Positions 18,554 to 29,639 of a stretch of 64,000 nt of DNA are shown one piece after another. The first letter of the stretch is position 1, and each line of letters begins with the position of its first letter. Made by a program: the position numbers and the translations under genes. This DNA comes from Planctomycetota bacterium (GTDB taxonomy: Bacteria > Planctomycetota > Planctomycetia > Planctomycetales > Planctomycetaceae), in assembly GCA_046074585.1 (NCBI GenBank), contig JBJTOM010000512.1, forward strand, positions 1,478 to 65,477. The letters run 5' to 3'. Below the pieces are notes generated by a model. It was given only the letters and a program-made list of their open reading frames with translations. It searched no databases and had not been told where the DNA came from.

Positions 18554-19804
18554 ATGTTTCGAAGCCTCTGTACTCCTGCCCTGCTTGTCGCCGGCCTGCT
18601 GATACTCATCCCACCCGAAATTCCCGGTGGCGACTGGAAACAGTGGCGTGGTCCGCTCGGAAACAACACCGCGGAGCCAGGACAGAAACTCCCTGTTGAA
18701 TGGAGCGATTCACGGAATGTCGTCTGGAAGGTCCCCGTGCCTGGCCGAGGACACTCCTCGCCAATTGTTTTTGGCAACCTCGTCGTCCTCTGCAGTGCAG
18801 ACGAGAAGACTCAGACTCAGGCTGTTCTGGCATTTGATCGTCGTACCGGCAAACCGTTGTGGCTGACTCCCGTCAGCCAGGGCGGATTCCCAACGCTGCA
18901 TCCCAAAAATACACACGCCTCAACCACGGCAGCAACCGACGGTCAACGTATTTATGCAGCGTTCAACCATCACGAAAAAATCGAAGTGGTCGCCCTGGAT
19001 CTTAACGGAAAGGTGCTCTGGAGAACGGACGCGGGACGTTTTCGGCCTCAGGCCTACGAATATGGCTACGCATCCTCTCCAACGATTTTCAATGACACAC
19101 TCATCATTTCCGCCGACTGCGATACCGGAGCCTGGCTGCGGGCGTTTCGCCTGAGTGACGGGGGGCAGGTCTGGTCCCGGGAACGACCACTGAGTCTCAA
19201 CTGGGGTTCACCGATCGTCGCCCGCTTCGGCAATCGCCAGCAACTTCTGCTCAGCGGGACCTCCATGATCGCAGCCTACAACCCCGCTGACGGCACTCCC
19301 CTCTGGAACACTCCCTGCCTGACCATGGCCACCTGCGGCACTTGTATCTGGGATGAAGACACGGTGTTTGCCAGCGGAGGTTACCCGGAATCTGAAACGG
19401 CAGCGGTCAAGGCAGACGGCTCAGGCGTCGTGTGGAAAAACAAGGTCAAATGTTATGAACAGTCCATGCTCATCACCAAAGGTCATATTTATGCTTTCAG
19501 TGACCAGGGAGTGTTTTACTGCTGGAACGCAAAGACCGGAGAAGAACGCTGGAAACAGCGGCTCAAAGGCCCCGTTTCCACATCACCACTTCTGATCGAT
19601 GATGTCATTCTGGCAACCAACGAAGCCGGTACGACCTGGGCTATCCGAGCGGATCCGGAGCGGTACGAACTGGTCGCCCAGAACCAACTGGGCGATTCAG
19701 GCTTTGCCACGATGGCGGCTGCCGATGGGCGACTCTACATTCGCACGTCCAAAGGCGACGGACCGACTCGTCAGGAAACGCTGTACTGCATCGGCAGCAG
19801 ATAA
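18554..19804 (+). CDS. PQQ-like beta-propeller repeat protein (BamB/outer-membrane-assembly-like fold)
   Basis: Signal peptide, then DWKQWRGPLGNN...VWKVPVPGRGHSSPIV and repeated W/G-rich blades (LWRT, VWSR, LWNT, VWKN, RWKQ). Confidence 0.75.
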   Translation: MFRSLCTPALLVAGLLILIPPEIPGGDWKQWRGPLGNNTAEPGQKLPVEWSDSRNVVWKVPVPGRGHSSPIVFGNLVVLCSADEKTQTQAVLAFDRRTGKPLWLTPVSQGGFPTLHPKNTHASTTAATDGQRIYAAFNHHEKIEVVALDLNGKVLWRTDAGRFRPQAYEYGYASSPTIFNDTLIISADCDTGAWLRAFRLSDGGQVWSRERPLSLNWGSPIVARFGNRQQLLLSGTSMIAAYNPADGTPLWNTPCLTMATCGTCIWDEDTVFASGGYPESETAAVKADGSGVVWKNKVKCYEQSMLITKGHIYAFSDQGVFYCWNAKTGEERWKQRLKGPVSTSPLLIDDVILATNEAGTTWAIRADPERYELVAQNQLGDSGFATMAAADGRLYIRTSKGDGPTRQETLYCIGSR

Positions 19805-19825
19805 CGGAAACGAGCGCTGGACTTC

Positions 19826-20959
19826 ATGGCACGCAGTCAGCCGGACATCCTGATCATTGGTGGAGGCGTCATCGGTCTGACGACCGCGCTGGAGCTTGCT
19901 CAAAATGGCCTGCGAGTTCTGGTGACAGATCGGCAAACCGCCGGACGGGAGGCGTCATGGGCAGGCGCCGGGATGCTTCCACCGGGTGGCGTGCCGAACT
20001 CGCCCAGTCCCGAGGCCAGACTGCGATCATTCAGCCACAGCCTCTGGCCTGCACTCACCGCTCGTCTCCATGAAATTACCGGGCACGATAACGGCTATCG
20101 TGTCTGCGGTTCACTGCTGCTGACAGAAGGCGAACAGCAGGCTCAGAAGCTGGCAGGGGAGTGGGCAGCTGACAATGTGACAGCCCGCCAGATCGGGGCT
20201 CAGGATCTGAAAGACTCATGGCCAGCACTTGCCTGCCACCACACGGCCGGTGTCTGGCTGCCCGAGCAGGCTCAGGTTCGCAATCCCTGGCATCTGCAGG
20301 CACTCAGGGCAGCCTGTGAACAGCTGAAAGTGGAAGTGCTGGAGCAAGCCGGTCCCGTGATGCTCCACCCGCGACAGGAACACGTGGAAGCAGTGACCAT
20401 TGGAACGGAGCGACTCTCGCCACATAAGGTTTGCGTCGCGGCTGGCGCATGGACAGCCAGCATACTGCAGCCACTTGGCATCTCACTGCCGATTCACCCG
20501 ATACGCGGGCAGATGATTCAACTGAGAAGCCCTCGCCCCCTGTTCAGCTGTATGCTCGAATCCGGCCGACGCTACCTTGTGCCACGCACCGATGGTCTGA
20601 TTCTCGCCGGCTCCACCGAAGAACACGCGGGGTTTGAAAAAGCCAGCACCGCTGCCGGTGTGGCGGGACTCATCGAGTTTGCCTGCGAACTTGTCCCTGA
20701 GCTGCGGCACCAGGAACTTGTCAGGTGCTGGTCCGGACTCAGACCCGGATCCGCTGACGATCTCCCGCTGCTGGGCAATGTTCCCGGATATTGCAACCTG
20801 TTTGTCGCTGCCGGACATTTTCGAGCGGGTCTCCAGATGTCCCCCGGGACGGCCCGGATCATGAGTGCGGTGCTGCGTCAGGAGTGTTCGCCAGTCTCGC
20901 TCACGGGGCTTGACGTCGAACGGTTCCAAACTGCCCCCCCTGCAGGAAATGAAGCATGA
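19826..20959 (+). CDS. thiO: Glycine oxidase ThiO (FAD-dependent oxidoreductase)
   Basis: N-terminal Rossmann motif [29 protein letters not shown]. The DAO-family length and C-terminal [14 protein letters not shown] are typical of ThiO. Confidence 0.75.
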   Translation: MARSQPDILIIGGGVIGLTTALELAQNGLRVLVTDRQTAGREASWAGAGMLPPGGVPNSPSPEARLRSFSHSLWPALTARLHEITGHDNGYRVCGSLLLTEGEQQAQKLAGEWAADNVTARQIGAQDLKDSWPALACHHTAGVWLPEQAQVRNPWHLQALRAACEQLKVEVLEQAGPVMLHPRQEHVEAVTIGTERLSPHKVCVAAGAWTASILQPLGISLPIHPIRGQMIQLRSPRPLFSCMLESGRRYLVPRTDGLILAGSTEEHAGFEKASTAAGVAGLIEFACELVPELRHQELVRCWSGLRPGSADDLPLLGNVPGYCNLFVAAGHFRAGLQMSPGTARIMSAVLRQECSPVSLTGLDVERFQTAPPAGNEA

Positions 20960-21405
20960 GAGCTGTGATCCAGCGCGTGACAGAAGCCTCTGTGACTGTG
21001 GAGGGCTGCGTTGTCGGCCAGATCGGACGTGGCTTTCTCGTACTCCTTGGAATCACGCATACCGATACTCACAAAGACGTCAACTGGATCGCGGCAAAAA
21101 TCGCAGGTTTAAGGGTGTTTGAGGACGCCGAAGGTAAGATGAACCTGAGCCTTGCAGATGTCGGTGGGGCCGTCCTGCTCGTAAGCCAGTTCACGCTTTA
21201 CGGGGACTGCAGAAAGGGGCGTCGCCCCAGCTTCATCGAGGCAGCCCGCCCGGAGGTGGCCGTGCCCCTGTACCAGGCTGTTGCGGCAGAACTGCGCGGG
21301 GCCGGACTGCAGGTGGAGACCGGACAGTTTCAGGCCCACATGGACGTCCGGCTGCTCAATGACGGGCCGGTGACACTGCTCCTCGACAGTCAGCAACTGT
21401 TCTGA
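20956..21405 (+). CDS. dtd: D-aminoacyl-tRNA deacylase
   Basis: [15 protein letters not shown]...[10 protein letters not shown]...[17 protein letters not shown] is the conserved Dtd pattern. There is an ATGA overlap with thiO. Confidence 0.9.
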   Translation: MRAVIQRVTEASVTVEGCVVGQIGRGFLVLLGITHTDTHKDVNWIAAKIAGLRVFEDAEGKMNLSLADVGGAVLLVSQFTLYGDCRKGRRPSFIEAARPEVAVPLYQAVAAELRGAGLQVETGQFQAHMDVRLLNDGPVTLLLDSQQLF

Positions 21406-21513
21406 CCAGCGCCCGAGGTCCCCGAATTATTCACTGTTTCGGTCTTTTCTCACTGCCGGGCTCAACCGTAAACTCCGGCGGTCTCTCCAGAACGACACAG
21501 GGATATTCCGGCC

Positions 21514-22800
21514 ATGAATTCATCACAGGTTGTTGATCTGCTCGTTGTCGGAGTGCTGCTGTACTGCACGATCCGCGGTGCCTCGCGCGGACTGCTCTCA
21601 CAGCTGGCATGGGTCGTCGCGCTGCTCCTGTGCTTCAAATTCGCCGGCACGCTCTCGCCAGCGCTCGAACCGTTCATCGCCGTTGCCCCTCCTTTGCGAC
21701 AATGGCTGGCTATGCTGGCCGTGTACGTCGGACTGTGTGGAGCGGCATTTCTTGCCGCAGGCATGGCCAGCAGCTGGATGGAGAAAACAAAGATTCTTGA
21801 CTTCGATCGCCATCTGGGTGGCCTGCTGGGCTTCGCCAAGGGCATCGTGATCTGCATGACCATCATGTACTTTCTGATCACCATGTCTCCCTCTATCCGC
21901 AATATCGTGGGCCAGACCTACTCCGGGTACGGAGCGGCCGTCATCCTGAGCCATTCACAGATGCTGCTGAATCTGGTCCCCGAACATGCTGTGCCCATGG
22001 TGCAGCACGTCATCGACCGATTTAATCAGCACCTGCGTCCCACGTCCGACGATCTTGCAGGAGCAACTCCTGCCGATCCCGGTTCCTTTCCCGGACTGGC
22101 CCCCGGCAATCAGCAACCCGAATCGTGGCTCAATGGCTCTGCCGACTTTCGCCTTGAAGACATGCTCTCCACAGCCACTCGAACCCAAAGCAGCACAAAC
22201 GAAACCACTCCCCAAACCAACGCACAAAATCCAACCGGACAACTGGCCCTGAATGATGTGCTCAGTCTGCTCCCGGAACGCGTGCGTGAATCCCTGCCTC
22301 AGGCAACACTCAACGCCATTCAGGATGCCGCACCCGAAGAACAACGCCAACTGCTCAGCCAGTTGCGGCAGGCCGTGCCCTCCGGGATGGCTCAAGTTCT
22401 CTCTGATTTTCTCCGAGGCTCCGCCAGCCGCGATGCACCCCTGGCTGACTCAACCCCCGCCTCTGCACGTCCACGCTCCCCGGCAGACACTGCAGCCCCT
22501 GGGGCGGCACGACTGACTGCCACCGACTCCGCGCTGCTCAGAGAAATCTCCGGGATCTACAGCCAGCGTTCTGACATTGAACAGCGGGCTCGCGAATATC
22601 TTGCCGGCGTGCCTCCTGTGGTGATCCCGCGAGTGCTTGCTGACTGGCACGCCGATGCACTGGGACTCCCACGCGACCCCGATCCCGGGACCGATGTGAA
22701 CTCGCGACTGGATGAGCGCATTCTGAGACAGCTCAATCGAGCCGGCATCTCGCTTCAGGACCTGGATGTCAGCCTGCGTTCGCGGCTGACGCAGCTGTGA
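21514..22800 (+). CDS. cvpA: CvpA-family membrane protein with long low-complexity C-terminal extension
   Basis: The N-terminal ~160 aa have four TM helices with CvpA-like sequence (VDLLVVGVLLYCTIRGASRGLLSQL...). The remainder is Pro/Ser/Gln-rich. Confidence 0.6.
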   Translation: MNSSQVVDLLVVGVLLYCTIRGASRGLLSQLAWVVALLLCFKFAGTLSPALEPFIAVAPPLRQWLAMLAVYVGLCGAAFLAAGMASSWMEKTKILDFDRHLGGLLGFAKGIVICMTIMYFLITMSPSIRNIVGQTYSGYGAAVILSHSQMLLNLVPEHAVPMVQHVIDRFNQHLRPTSDDLAGATPADPGSFPGLAPGNQQPESWLNGSADFRLEDMLSTATRTQSSTNETTPQTNAQNPTGQLALNDVLSLLPERVRESLPQATLNAIQDAAPEEQRQLLSQLRQAVPSGMAQVLSDFLRGSASRDAPLADSTPASARPRSPADTAAPGAARLTATDSALLREISGIYSQRSDIEQRAREYLAGVPPVVIPRVLADWHADALGLPRDPDPGTDVNSRLDERILRQLNRAGISLQDLDVSLRSRLTQL

Positions 22801-22916
22801 GCTTCGCTGGAAAAGCTCAAAAAAGACGCGATTTTCTGTGCAACAACTTCACATAACAGACATTATCGGACGTTGGTTGCCGTCGGAATCCGGTCACATT
22901 GAACTGACAGCAGATG

Positions 22917-22942
22917 CTCCGCCAGCACGTACGCTGGTGGAG
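22917..22942 (-). terminator. Hairpin just downstream of the protease gene stop (10-bp stem with one G-U pair, loop ACGTAC)
   Basis: ctccgccagc-acgtac-gctggtggag lies about 11 nt past the stop codon at 22954-22956. No U-tract follows, so it is not a canonical intrinsic terminator. Confidence 0.3.
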
Positions 22943-22953
22943 CGGAGTCGTCG

Positions 22954-24012
22954 TTACTTCTGCGGAAGCGGCGGCACGACAAGCTTCAGGGCAATCAGCT
23001 CGTTGTCGCGATTGACCGTCACGGACAGCTCGCGTCCCGCAACAGCAGCAGCCATCTGGCGCCGCACGTCGGTGACACTGGTGATCACGGCATCGCCAAT
23101 CAGCAGCACAAGGTCTCCACGGCGCAGGCCCGCGCTGGCCGCCGGCGAATCGGGACTCACCGCATCGACCCAGGCTGGGGTGCGTTCGATGACCGCCGGG
23201 AGCATTGTGAGTCCAAACCGCGCGGTCAGTTCGCGATCAGTCATGAGCGGTGCAGAGGGGGCAGTTGTCGAAGGAGAGACGCGGCGACCTTCCAGCATCG
23301 CACTGACGACGGGCTGGAGCGCGGTCAGGGGTACTGCATAATTGACCCAGATTCGACTCCTGTCATGCCGAATCTCGCGGCCAATCAAACCCACCGGGCG
23401 CCCTTTTTCATCAACCACAAGTCCGCCACCGGCGCCTGAGTTATTGGTGATGGCATCGAGAATCCAGACCGGCGTTTTCACCGGGAACTTCCATCGCCCC
23501 TGGCTGGCTTCGAGCGGAACAGAGGCTGCAATGACCCCATGGACAACCGATACCGGTTCATTTCCGGCGGCAACGCGAAACATATTGCTCCATGCCATGA
23601 CGGGAGTACCCGGTTCAGCATCCGTGGCCTGTTGCAGGTCCAGAAAAGGAAATGTGTCTTCCGGGCGAGCCGTGATTCGCACAATCGCAGCGTCATGCTC
23701 AGTGCTGGTGGCCAGAGTTTCCACCGGCCAGCGACGGCCATCGGCCGTAACGGCAGTGAGAAATCCGGTGCTGACAAGGTGATTGGCGATTGTCAGTATG
23801 TGCCCCTGCGACGAGATCAGCACTCCGGTGCCATACGAGTCAAGACTTCCCACACCTGCGCCGAAGAGTTTCACAACGACCTGCCGTGGATCGACGACTG
23901 GTTGTGAGGGTTCCTGTGCGAGCAGGGCTGCCGTCGCGGGCCGGGCCAGAGGCAGGGCGAGTGCTGCGGTGAGAAATCTTCGCCGCGAGGCGAACTGAAC
24001 ATCTGTCTTCAT
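22954..24012 (-). CDS. Trypsin-like serine protease (S1C/HtrA-like) with C-terminal PDZ, TAT-type signal
   Basis: MKTDVQFASRRRFLTAALALPLARPATA signal. His (IANHLV), Asp (DAAIVRI) and Ser (NNSGAGGGLVV) regions are present, plus a PDZ-like GLRRGDLVLLIGDAVI. The start is placed at ATG 24012. Confidence 0.75.
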   Translation of the reverse strand: MKTDVQFASRRRFLTAALALPLARPATAALLAQEPSQPVVDPRQVVVKLFGAGVGSLDSYGTGVLISSQGHILTIANHLVSTGFLTAVTADGRRWPVETLATSTEHDAAIVRITARPEDTFPFLDLQQATDAEPGTPVMAWSNMFRVAAGNEPVSVVHGVIAASVPLEASQGRWKFPVKTPVWILDAITNNSGAGGGLVVDEKGRPVGLIGREIRHDRSRIWVNYAVPLTALQPVVSAMLEGRRVSPSTTAPSAPLMTDRELTARFGLTMLPAVIERTPAWVDAVSPDSPAASAGLRRGDLVLLIGDAVITSVTDVRRQMAAAVAGRELSVTVNRDNELIALKLVVPPLPQK

Positions 24013-24079
24013 CGTGATAACCTGAGAAAGAGTCAAACAACACCCCTGCCCCGCCCTGTTCTGCAGCAATTGACCAGCC

Positions 24080-25822
24080 TCAGGGTTTACGAACAGTTGC
24101 AGATTCCACCTTGATCCACGTGATTTGCTCGCTGGCGGGATCGACAACTCCAATCCGTGCGGGGGCTGGCAGACCGGAGCGATTCTGCCAGTCTTCCAGC
24201 ACCAGTCGGGTTTCATCGAGTTCTGCGGAGGAATTCAGATCAACAGCCACCGGAAATGTACCTGCGTCTTCAAAGTACCATCGAGCCGTCCGAATGCCAT
24301 CGCGGGTGATCAGCACTTTCAGCGTCCGATTGAGAGGCAGGTGCAGCGTCGAGCCGGCGGCAAACAACTCGCTGAAGACAGTCGTGTCGGGGTTCAGCAG
24401 CCGGCGGAGCTGACCAAGGGCAGTCAGCAGACCGGGAAAAGCCGGTGGCTCCTCCCCGGGGTCCGGTTCAGCGAGTTTCTGAAGCCATGCGGAGGCCCCC
24501 TGTCGCAGGCCGACGGTTTCGGGACTCAGCACCAGTTCTGCGGGAGTGTCGCCGGAGGGCAGCGGAATCTGCAGGTTCAGGGTCCAGATGCCTGCCGGAT
24601 CAGCGGCTGCTGATTGCTTTCTGAGTGGTTGGAGGAGGGCTGTTTGTCGGAGCTGATTGAAGTGAAAATTGCAGAACCCATCGCGTTCAACATACAGGCG
24701 ACGAATTTCTTCCGGGAGCTCTGCGGACTCCGGTTTCTGCTCTGTTTCCGGCTCACCGTCGGGATTCGGGCGTGGACGTCGTTCCTGCGGAAGTGCGGGC
24801 GCCTTCCGAAAGGAGTGCAGGGCGGTCAGACGGATCGTGGCTGCATGACGCCCTGTATCATCGCGCCATGTGATGGGCACCCGATCCCCCTCGGGAAATG
24901 TTCCGAGCACATTCTGGAAATCATTTGCGGAGGTGAGTGACCGACCGGCGAAGGTGAGCAGGACAGCCTGGGGTCTGAGTCCTCGTCGCCATGCTTCAGA
25001 CAGCTGCGAAACCTGACTGACCACGGCGACGTTGCCTTCGCCGGTTTCCACTGTGAATTCCGTGCGCCCGTGGTCAACGATCAGGCCACAGTGCAGTGCA
25101 TCCACAAATCGCAGCACCTGATTGACAGAAATGGCATAGGCTGCCCCGGAATTGACTCGGCCGCGTTTTTCGAAGGATGCCCTTCCGTTAATACCAATCC
25201 ATCGCCCCTGAATATCAAACAGAGGCCCGCCGCTGTTTCCCGGGTTGATGGACGCATCGATCTGGATGCAGTCCGTATACTCAAGAAATGTATTCGCCGG
25301 GTACTGATACCGGCGGACACCACTGACGATTCCGCAGGTCACTGTTGGCGAAAAGTCTGATGCCAGCAGAAAGGGATTTCCCAGCGCCAGAACTTCGTCC
25401 CCGGACTGCACCAGATCACTGTTGCCGGGAATTGCCACCGGAAAGTCTGTGCGTCCCAGCAACCGGATCAGCGCGACATCACCCGTTGGATCGATGCCCA
25501 CAATGACGGCATCGTACACCTTGCCGTCATTCAGGCCACACTTCATGAAGCTGCCGGATCCGGAGGTCACATGATAGTTGCTCACAGCCAGCCCGTCCGG
25601 CGAAATCAGTACGCCGGATCCCCCTCCTTCACCACTGGAGGCCATTACGCACACCACGCTGGGAGCGATTCGACGCAGAACTTCAATACGCTGCTGTTCG
25701 CGCACCAGGACATCGGCCGTCCCGACAGAATCAGGAGCCGCCGCAGGCTGCTGAGACCGTGCAGATTCTGTCGGCACCAGAAGGCCCAGCAGCAGTGCAG
25801 TTCCTGTAAACACGAAACGCAT
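24080..25822 (-). CDS. HtrA/DegP-like serine protease (S1C) with C-terminal extension
   Basis: Catalytic triad context VSNYHV, DVALIRL and GNSGGPLFD, with a signal peptide MRFVFTGTALLLGLLVP. ATG 25822 is preferred over the longer ORF. Confidence 0.85.
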   Translation of the reverse strand: MRFVFTGTALLLGLLVPTESARSQQPAAAPDSVGTADVLVREQQRIEVLRRIAPSVVCVMASSGEGGGSGVLISPDGLAVSNYHVTSGSGSFMKCGLNDGKVYDAVIVGIDPTGDVALIRLLGRTDFPVAIPGNSDLVQSGDEVLALGNPFLLASDFSPTVTCGIVSGVRRYQYPANTFLEYTDCIQIDASINPGNSGGPLFDIQGRWIGINGRASFEKRGRVNSGAAYAISVNQVLRFVDALHCGLIVDHGRTEFTVETGEGNVAVVSQVSQLSEAWRRGLRPQAVLLTFAGRSLTSANDFQNVLGTFPEGDRVPITWRDDTGRHAATIRLTALHSFRKAPALPQERRPRPNPDGEPETEQKPESAELPEEIRRLYVERDGFCNFHFNQLRQTALLQPLRKQSAAADPAGIWTLNLQIPLPSGDTPAELVLSPETVGLRQGASAWLQKLAEPDPGEEPPAFPGLLTALGQLRRLLNPDTTVFSELFAAGSTLHLPLNRTLKVLITRDGIRTARWYFEDAGTFPVAVDLNSSAELDETRLVLEDWQNRSGLPAPARIGVVDPASEQITWIKVESATVRKP

Positions 25823-25909
25823 GACAATCACTCCCCTGCCCCGCGATGATGAATCAGAACTAAGCGAACACGACTTTGCATCGATCAATTCCAGTCTTCC
25901 GCTGTGCAT

Positions 25910-27343
25910 TCAGCTGAGAATCCGATGAACAACATTGCCATGAATATCCGTGAGTCGGAAGTCGCGGCCCTGAAAGCGGAAGGTGAGTCTTTGATGATCC
26001 AGTCCAAGACAGTGCAGGATGGTTGCATTCAGGTCGTGAATATGTACAGGATCACTGACGATGTTATATCCATAATCATCGGTCTGCCCGAGGACCATGC
26101 CTCCACGAATCCCGCCCCCAGCCAGCCATACGGAAAAACAGCGTCCGTGATGGTCGCGGCCGTAATCTGACTGCAGACCGCCCTGCCCGTAGACTGTCCG
26201 GCCGAATTCACCACCCCAGATAATCAGCGTGTCTTCCAGCAGCCCGCGCTGCTCAAGATCGCGAACGAGAGCAGCCTGAGCCTGATCGACGTCCATGCAC
26301 TGCTTCGGCAGATTTGTCGGAATTCCACCATGCTGATCCCAGCCGCGATGGTACAGCTGAACGAAACGCACGCCGCGTTCCAGCAGGCGGCGAGTGAGCA
26401 GACAGTTGGCGGCAAATGTGCCGGGCTTCCGTGAGTCTTCGCCATACATTCGAAAGATCGACTCAGACTCTTTTGAGACGTCGACAAGGTCCGGCACGGA
26501 TGCCTGCATGCGAAATGCCATTTCATACTGGGCGATCCGAGTGGCGATTTCAGGATCGCCGGTCGCCTGCAGCTGCAATGAGTTCAGCGCTGCCACGCCG
26601 TTCAGTACGTTCCTCCGCAGACCACGGCTGACCCCTGGAGGATTGGCCAGGTACAGCACAGGATCGACACCACTGCGCAGCTTGACTCCCTGGTGGCTGG
26701 AAGGCAGGAAGCCACTTCCCCAGAGTCGTTCCAGCAGGCCCTGATTTGCGTCACGCCCGCTGCCGTGGGAGATCAGGACAAGGAAAGCCGGGAGGTCCGC
26801 GGCATCGCTGCCAAGTCCGTAACTGGCCCATGCTCCCAGCGACGGCCGTCCGGGCTGCTGTGAGCCGGTTTGAAGATAGGTGATCGCCGGATCGTGGTTG
26901 ATCGCTTCCGTGTGCATGGACCGAATCAGGCAGATGCGGTCTGCGACGGCAGCCGTGTGTGGCAGGAGCTGTGAAAGCCGCAGGCCATCGGCTGCCGACG
27001 ACTGGAAGCGAAACCGCGGTGCGATCACGGGGAAACTGCTCTGCCCTGAGGTCATTCCGGTGAGTCGCTGTCCGCGACGGATTGAATCGGGCAGTTCCGT
27101 GCCGTGTAATTTCTGCAGTTGAGGCTTTTCGTCGAAGAGTTCCAGATGAGACGGGCCACCGGACTGAAACAGGTAAACGACGCGGCGCGCACGCGGAGCA
27201 AAGTGGGTGGCTGCTGAAGCTGCGAGACTACTTTGCTGAAGGAGCGTAGCCGCAGCTGCTATGCCCGGTAGAGACTGCAGTGCAGACCGACGGGAGGAAA
27301 TCATTGACGAATCCGGATGGCGGTGATTTGGAATGGCACTCAC
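25910..27343 (-). CDS. DUF1501 domain-containing protein (sulfatase-fold, TAT signal)
   Basis: [22 protein letters not shown]-like signal, then [20 protein letters not shown] and C-terminal GGEFGRT...GRDHH, characteristic of DUF1501. Confidence 0.85.
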   Translation of the reverse strand: MSAIPNHRHPDSSMISSRRSALQSLPGIAAAATLLQQSSLAASAATHFAPRARRVVYLFQSGGPSHLELFDEKPQLQKLHGTELPDSIRRGQRLTGMTSGQSSFPVIAPRFRFQSSAADGLRLSQLLPHTAAVADRICLIRSMHTEAINHDPAITYLQTGSQQPGRPSLGAWASYGLGSDAADLPAFLVLISHGSGRDANQGLLERLWGSGFLPSSHQGVKLRSGVDPVLYLANPPGVSRGLRRNVLNGVAALNSLQLQATGDPEIATRIAQYEMAFRMQASVPDLVDVSKESESIFRMYGEDSRKPGTFAANCLLTRRLLERGVRFVQLYHRGWDQHGGIPTNLPKQCMDVDQAQAALVRDLEQRGLLEDTLIIWGGEFGRTVYGQGGLQSDYGRDHHGRCFSVWLAGGGIRGGMVLGQTDDYGYNIVSDPVHIHDLNATILHCLGLDHQRLTFRFQGRDFRLTDIHGNVVHRILS

Positions 27344-27390
27344 GCTCCGAATTGTTGACGATCTGCAGGGAGAAATCCAGACAGCATGTC

Positions 27391-29571
27391 TCAGTGCATC
27401 GGCTCAATCGGCGTGAACGTTGTGCGGTTTCGCTCAAATGCCGTCTCCGCGGCCTCCTTCGCTCGCCGCTGAAACTCGGCCTGAGAATGGACACCCCGGG
27501 CAGCGGGATCCATTGGAGTGGGGGCCGGGGTCTTGCGACGGCGACGTCCTCCTGGGGCTGGGGGAGTCCCCGGTTCAGGTTCGGGGCCGGCGGGCTGGAG
27601 ATACAGTCCGTCGGGCGTGAGCAGTCGTGCTTTTCGAGTATCGCGCAGGCATGTGCGGAGGATCTGGATGACGCGGCGTTTGCAGCTGTCGTCAAGGATG
27701 GGCACCAGCAGTTCAACGCGGCGATCCAGGTTTCTTGGCATCCAGTCGGCACTGGAAATGAACACGCGTTCATCGCCTCCATGGTGAAAGTACAAAATGC
27801 GGGCATGTTCGAGGAAGCGATCAATGATGCTGACGATGCGAATGTTTTCACTCCGCCCGGGCACCCCGGGGCGAAGACAGCAAATGCCGCGAATATTCAG
27901 GTCAATCTCCACTCCGGCCTGTGATGCCTCACACAATGCCTCAATCATGACCGGGTCCGCCAGCGAATTCAGCTTTGCCATGATCTGCCCGCGGTCTCCG
28001 TTGCGGGCGCGCTCCGTCTCCACTCGAATCATCTGCAGAATCTTCTCACGAAGTCCGATCGGCGCTGACTCAATCTGCGAAAACTGCAGAATCTGTGAAC
28101 AGCCCGTTACGGCGTTGAACCACGAAATCGCGTCGTTGCCCAGATCGCGGTGGCAGGTGAGCAGACTGATGTCGGTGTAGAATCTCGATGTTATCTCGTT
28201 GTAATTCCCTGTTCCAAAATGGCAGTACCTCTGAAACCCCTGGGGCTCGCGCCGGACAACGATGCAGGCCTTGGCGTGGGTCTTGAGTCCACGAACGCCG
28301 TAGATCACCTGCACACCGCTGTACTCCAGCTGCCTCGCCCATTCGATGTTTCGAGCTTCATCAAACCTTGCCTTCAGCTCCACAATCACCGTCACGTTTT
28401 TTCCATTCTCGGCTGCTCGTATCAGCGATCGCACAATCGGGCTGTTGCGACTGGTGCGGTACAGCGTCTGCTTGATGGCCACCACATCACGATCATCTGC
28501 GGCTTCCGCCAGCAGTCGCAGCACAGGTTCAAATGATTCGTAGGGATGAAACAACAGTACGTCCTGCTGCTTCATGGTGTCAAAAATTGACTCCGCCGGA
28601 TCAATCCGCGGTGATGGACAGGGGGTCCATGGCGGGTAGAGCAGGCTGTCGAAGCCACTGATGCCTGTGAGCTGCATCAGGTCGCTTAATCCCACCGGCC
28701 CCGGTGCCTGATAAATGTCACGCACGCCGACGCGCAGGAGCGTTTTCAGGAATTCAAGCAGCTGAGGAGTGACCTTGTCGGCCAGTTCCAGACGCGTACA
28801 AAAGCTGTCCTTGCGGTCCTCCAGCACATCCTCCATTTCCGCCAGCAGATCTGCGCCGTCGTCGTCACTCACGGTTACGTCAGCATTTCTTGTCACACGA
28901 AAGGGAACGGTGGCAATCACCTTCTGCCCTGGAAAGAACAGCTCTGCCAGCATCTCAATGACGTCCTCCGTCATAATGAATTCGGCCCCCCCAGCGGATG
29001 GCAGTGTGATGTACCGCAGGTCATAGCTTCCGAATGGAATCACTGCGAAACGCCACGGTTCGTCATCTCCCCTGCCCTGCAGCTGAACGGCCACGTTGAC
29101 CGTTCGACCGAACAGCAGCGGAAAACGAGCCGGATCATGAACGGCAATAGGAGTCAGCACGGCCTGCAACTGCTCCTGAAACACCGATTCCACAACTTCC
29201 ATCTGGCGTTCCGTCAGCTGGTCGGCACGACGTCGACGGATACCGGCCTCGGCCAGTGCCGGTTCAATCTGTTCCAGATACACGCGATACTGCTCTGCAG
29301 CCATTCGCTGTGCTCGACGACTCATGGCACTCAGCTGATCGAGCGGTGTCAGGCCCGTCGGGTCGGCCGCATTCTCACCCGTCCGCAGCGACATCAGCAG
29401 ACTGCCCACGCGAACCATGAAAAATTCGTCAAGGTTGGAGGCGGTGATGGCAAGAAATCTGAGCCGTTCCAGGAGGGGCACAGAGCTGTCGCAGGCTTCA
29501 TCAAGGACCCGCTGGTTGAATTCCAGCCAGCTCAGTTCCCGATTCATGAACACATCAGAAATGTTTGACAT
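27391..29571 (-). CDS. ppk1: Polyphosphate kinase 1
   Basis: [17 protein letters not shown]...[22 protein letters not shown] at the N-terminus, with PLD-like HAK ([13 protein letters not shown]) and the C-terminal domains. ATG 29571 is preferred over TTG 29643. It carries a ~70-aa Pro/Arg-rich tail. Confidence 0.9.
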   Translation of the reverse strand: MSNISDVFMNRELSWLEFNQRVLDEACDSSVPLLERLRFLAITASNLDEFFMVRVGSLLMSLRTGENAADPTGLTPLDQLSAMSRRAQRMAAEQYRVYLEQIEPALAEAGIRRRRADQLTERQMEVVESVFQEQLQAVLTPIAVHDPARFPLLFGRTVNVAVQLQGRGDDEPWRFAVIPFGSYDLRYITLPSAGGAEFIMTEDVIEMLAELFFPGQKVIATVPFRVTRNADVTVSDDDGADLLAEMEDVLEDRKDSFCTRLELADKVTPQLLEFLKTLLRVGVRDIYQAPGPVGLSDLMQLTGISGFDSLLYPPWTPCPSPRIDPAESIFDTMKQQDVLLFHPYESFEPVLRLLAEAADDRDVVAIKQTLYRTSRNSPIVRSLIRAAENGKNVTVIVELKARFDEARNIEWARQLEYSGVQVIYGVRGLKTHAKACIVVRREPQGFQRYCHFGTGNYNEITSRFYTDISLLTCHRDLGNDAISWFNAVTGCSQILQFSQIESAPIGLREKILQMIRVETERARNGDRGQIMAKLNSLADPVMIEALCEASQAGVEIDLNIRGICCLRPGVPGRSENIRIVSIIDRFLEHARILYFHHGGDERVFISSADWMPRNLDRRVELLVPILDDSCKRRVIQILRTCLRDTRKARLLTPDGLYLQPAGPEPEPGTPPAPGGRRRRKTPAPTPMDPAARGVHSQAEFQRRAKEAAETAFERNRTTFTPIEPMH

Positions 29572-29639
29572 GGCGACTCTGGCCTGAAGCAGTTGCGGTG
29601 AGGTGTCTGAATGGCGGGGGGAATGCAGCGAGGCGTGAA

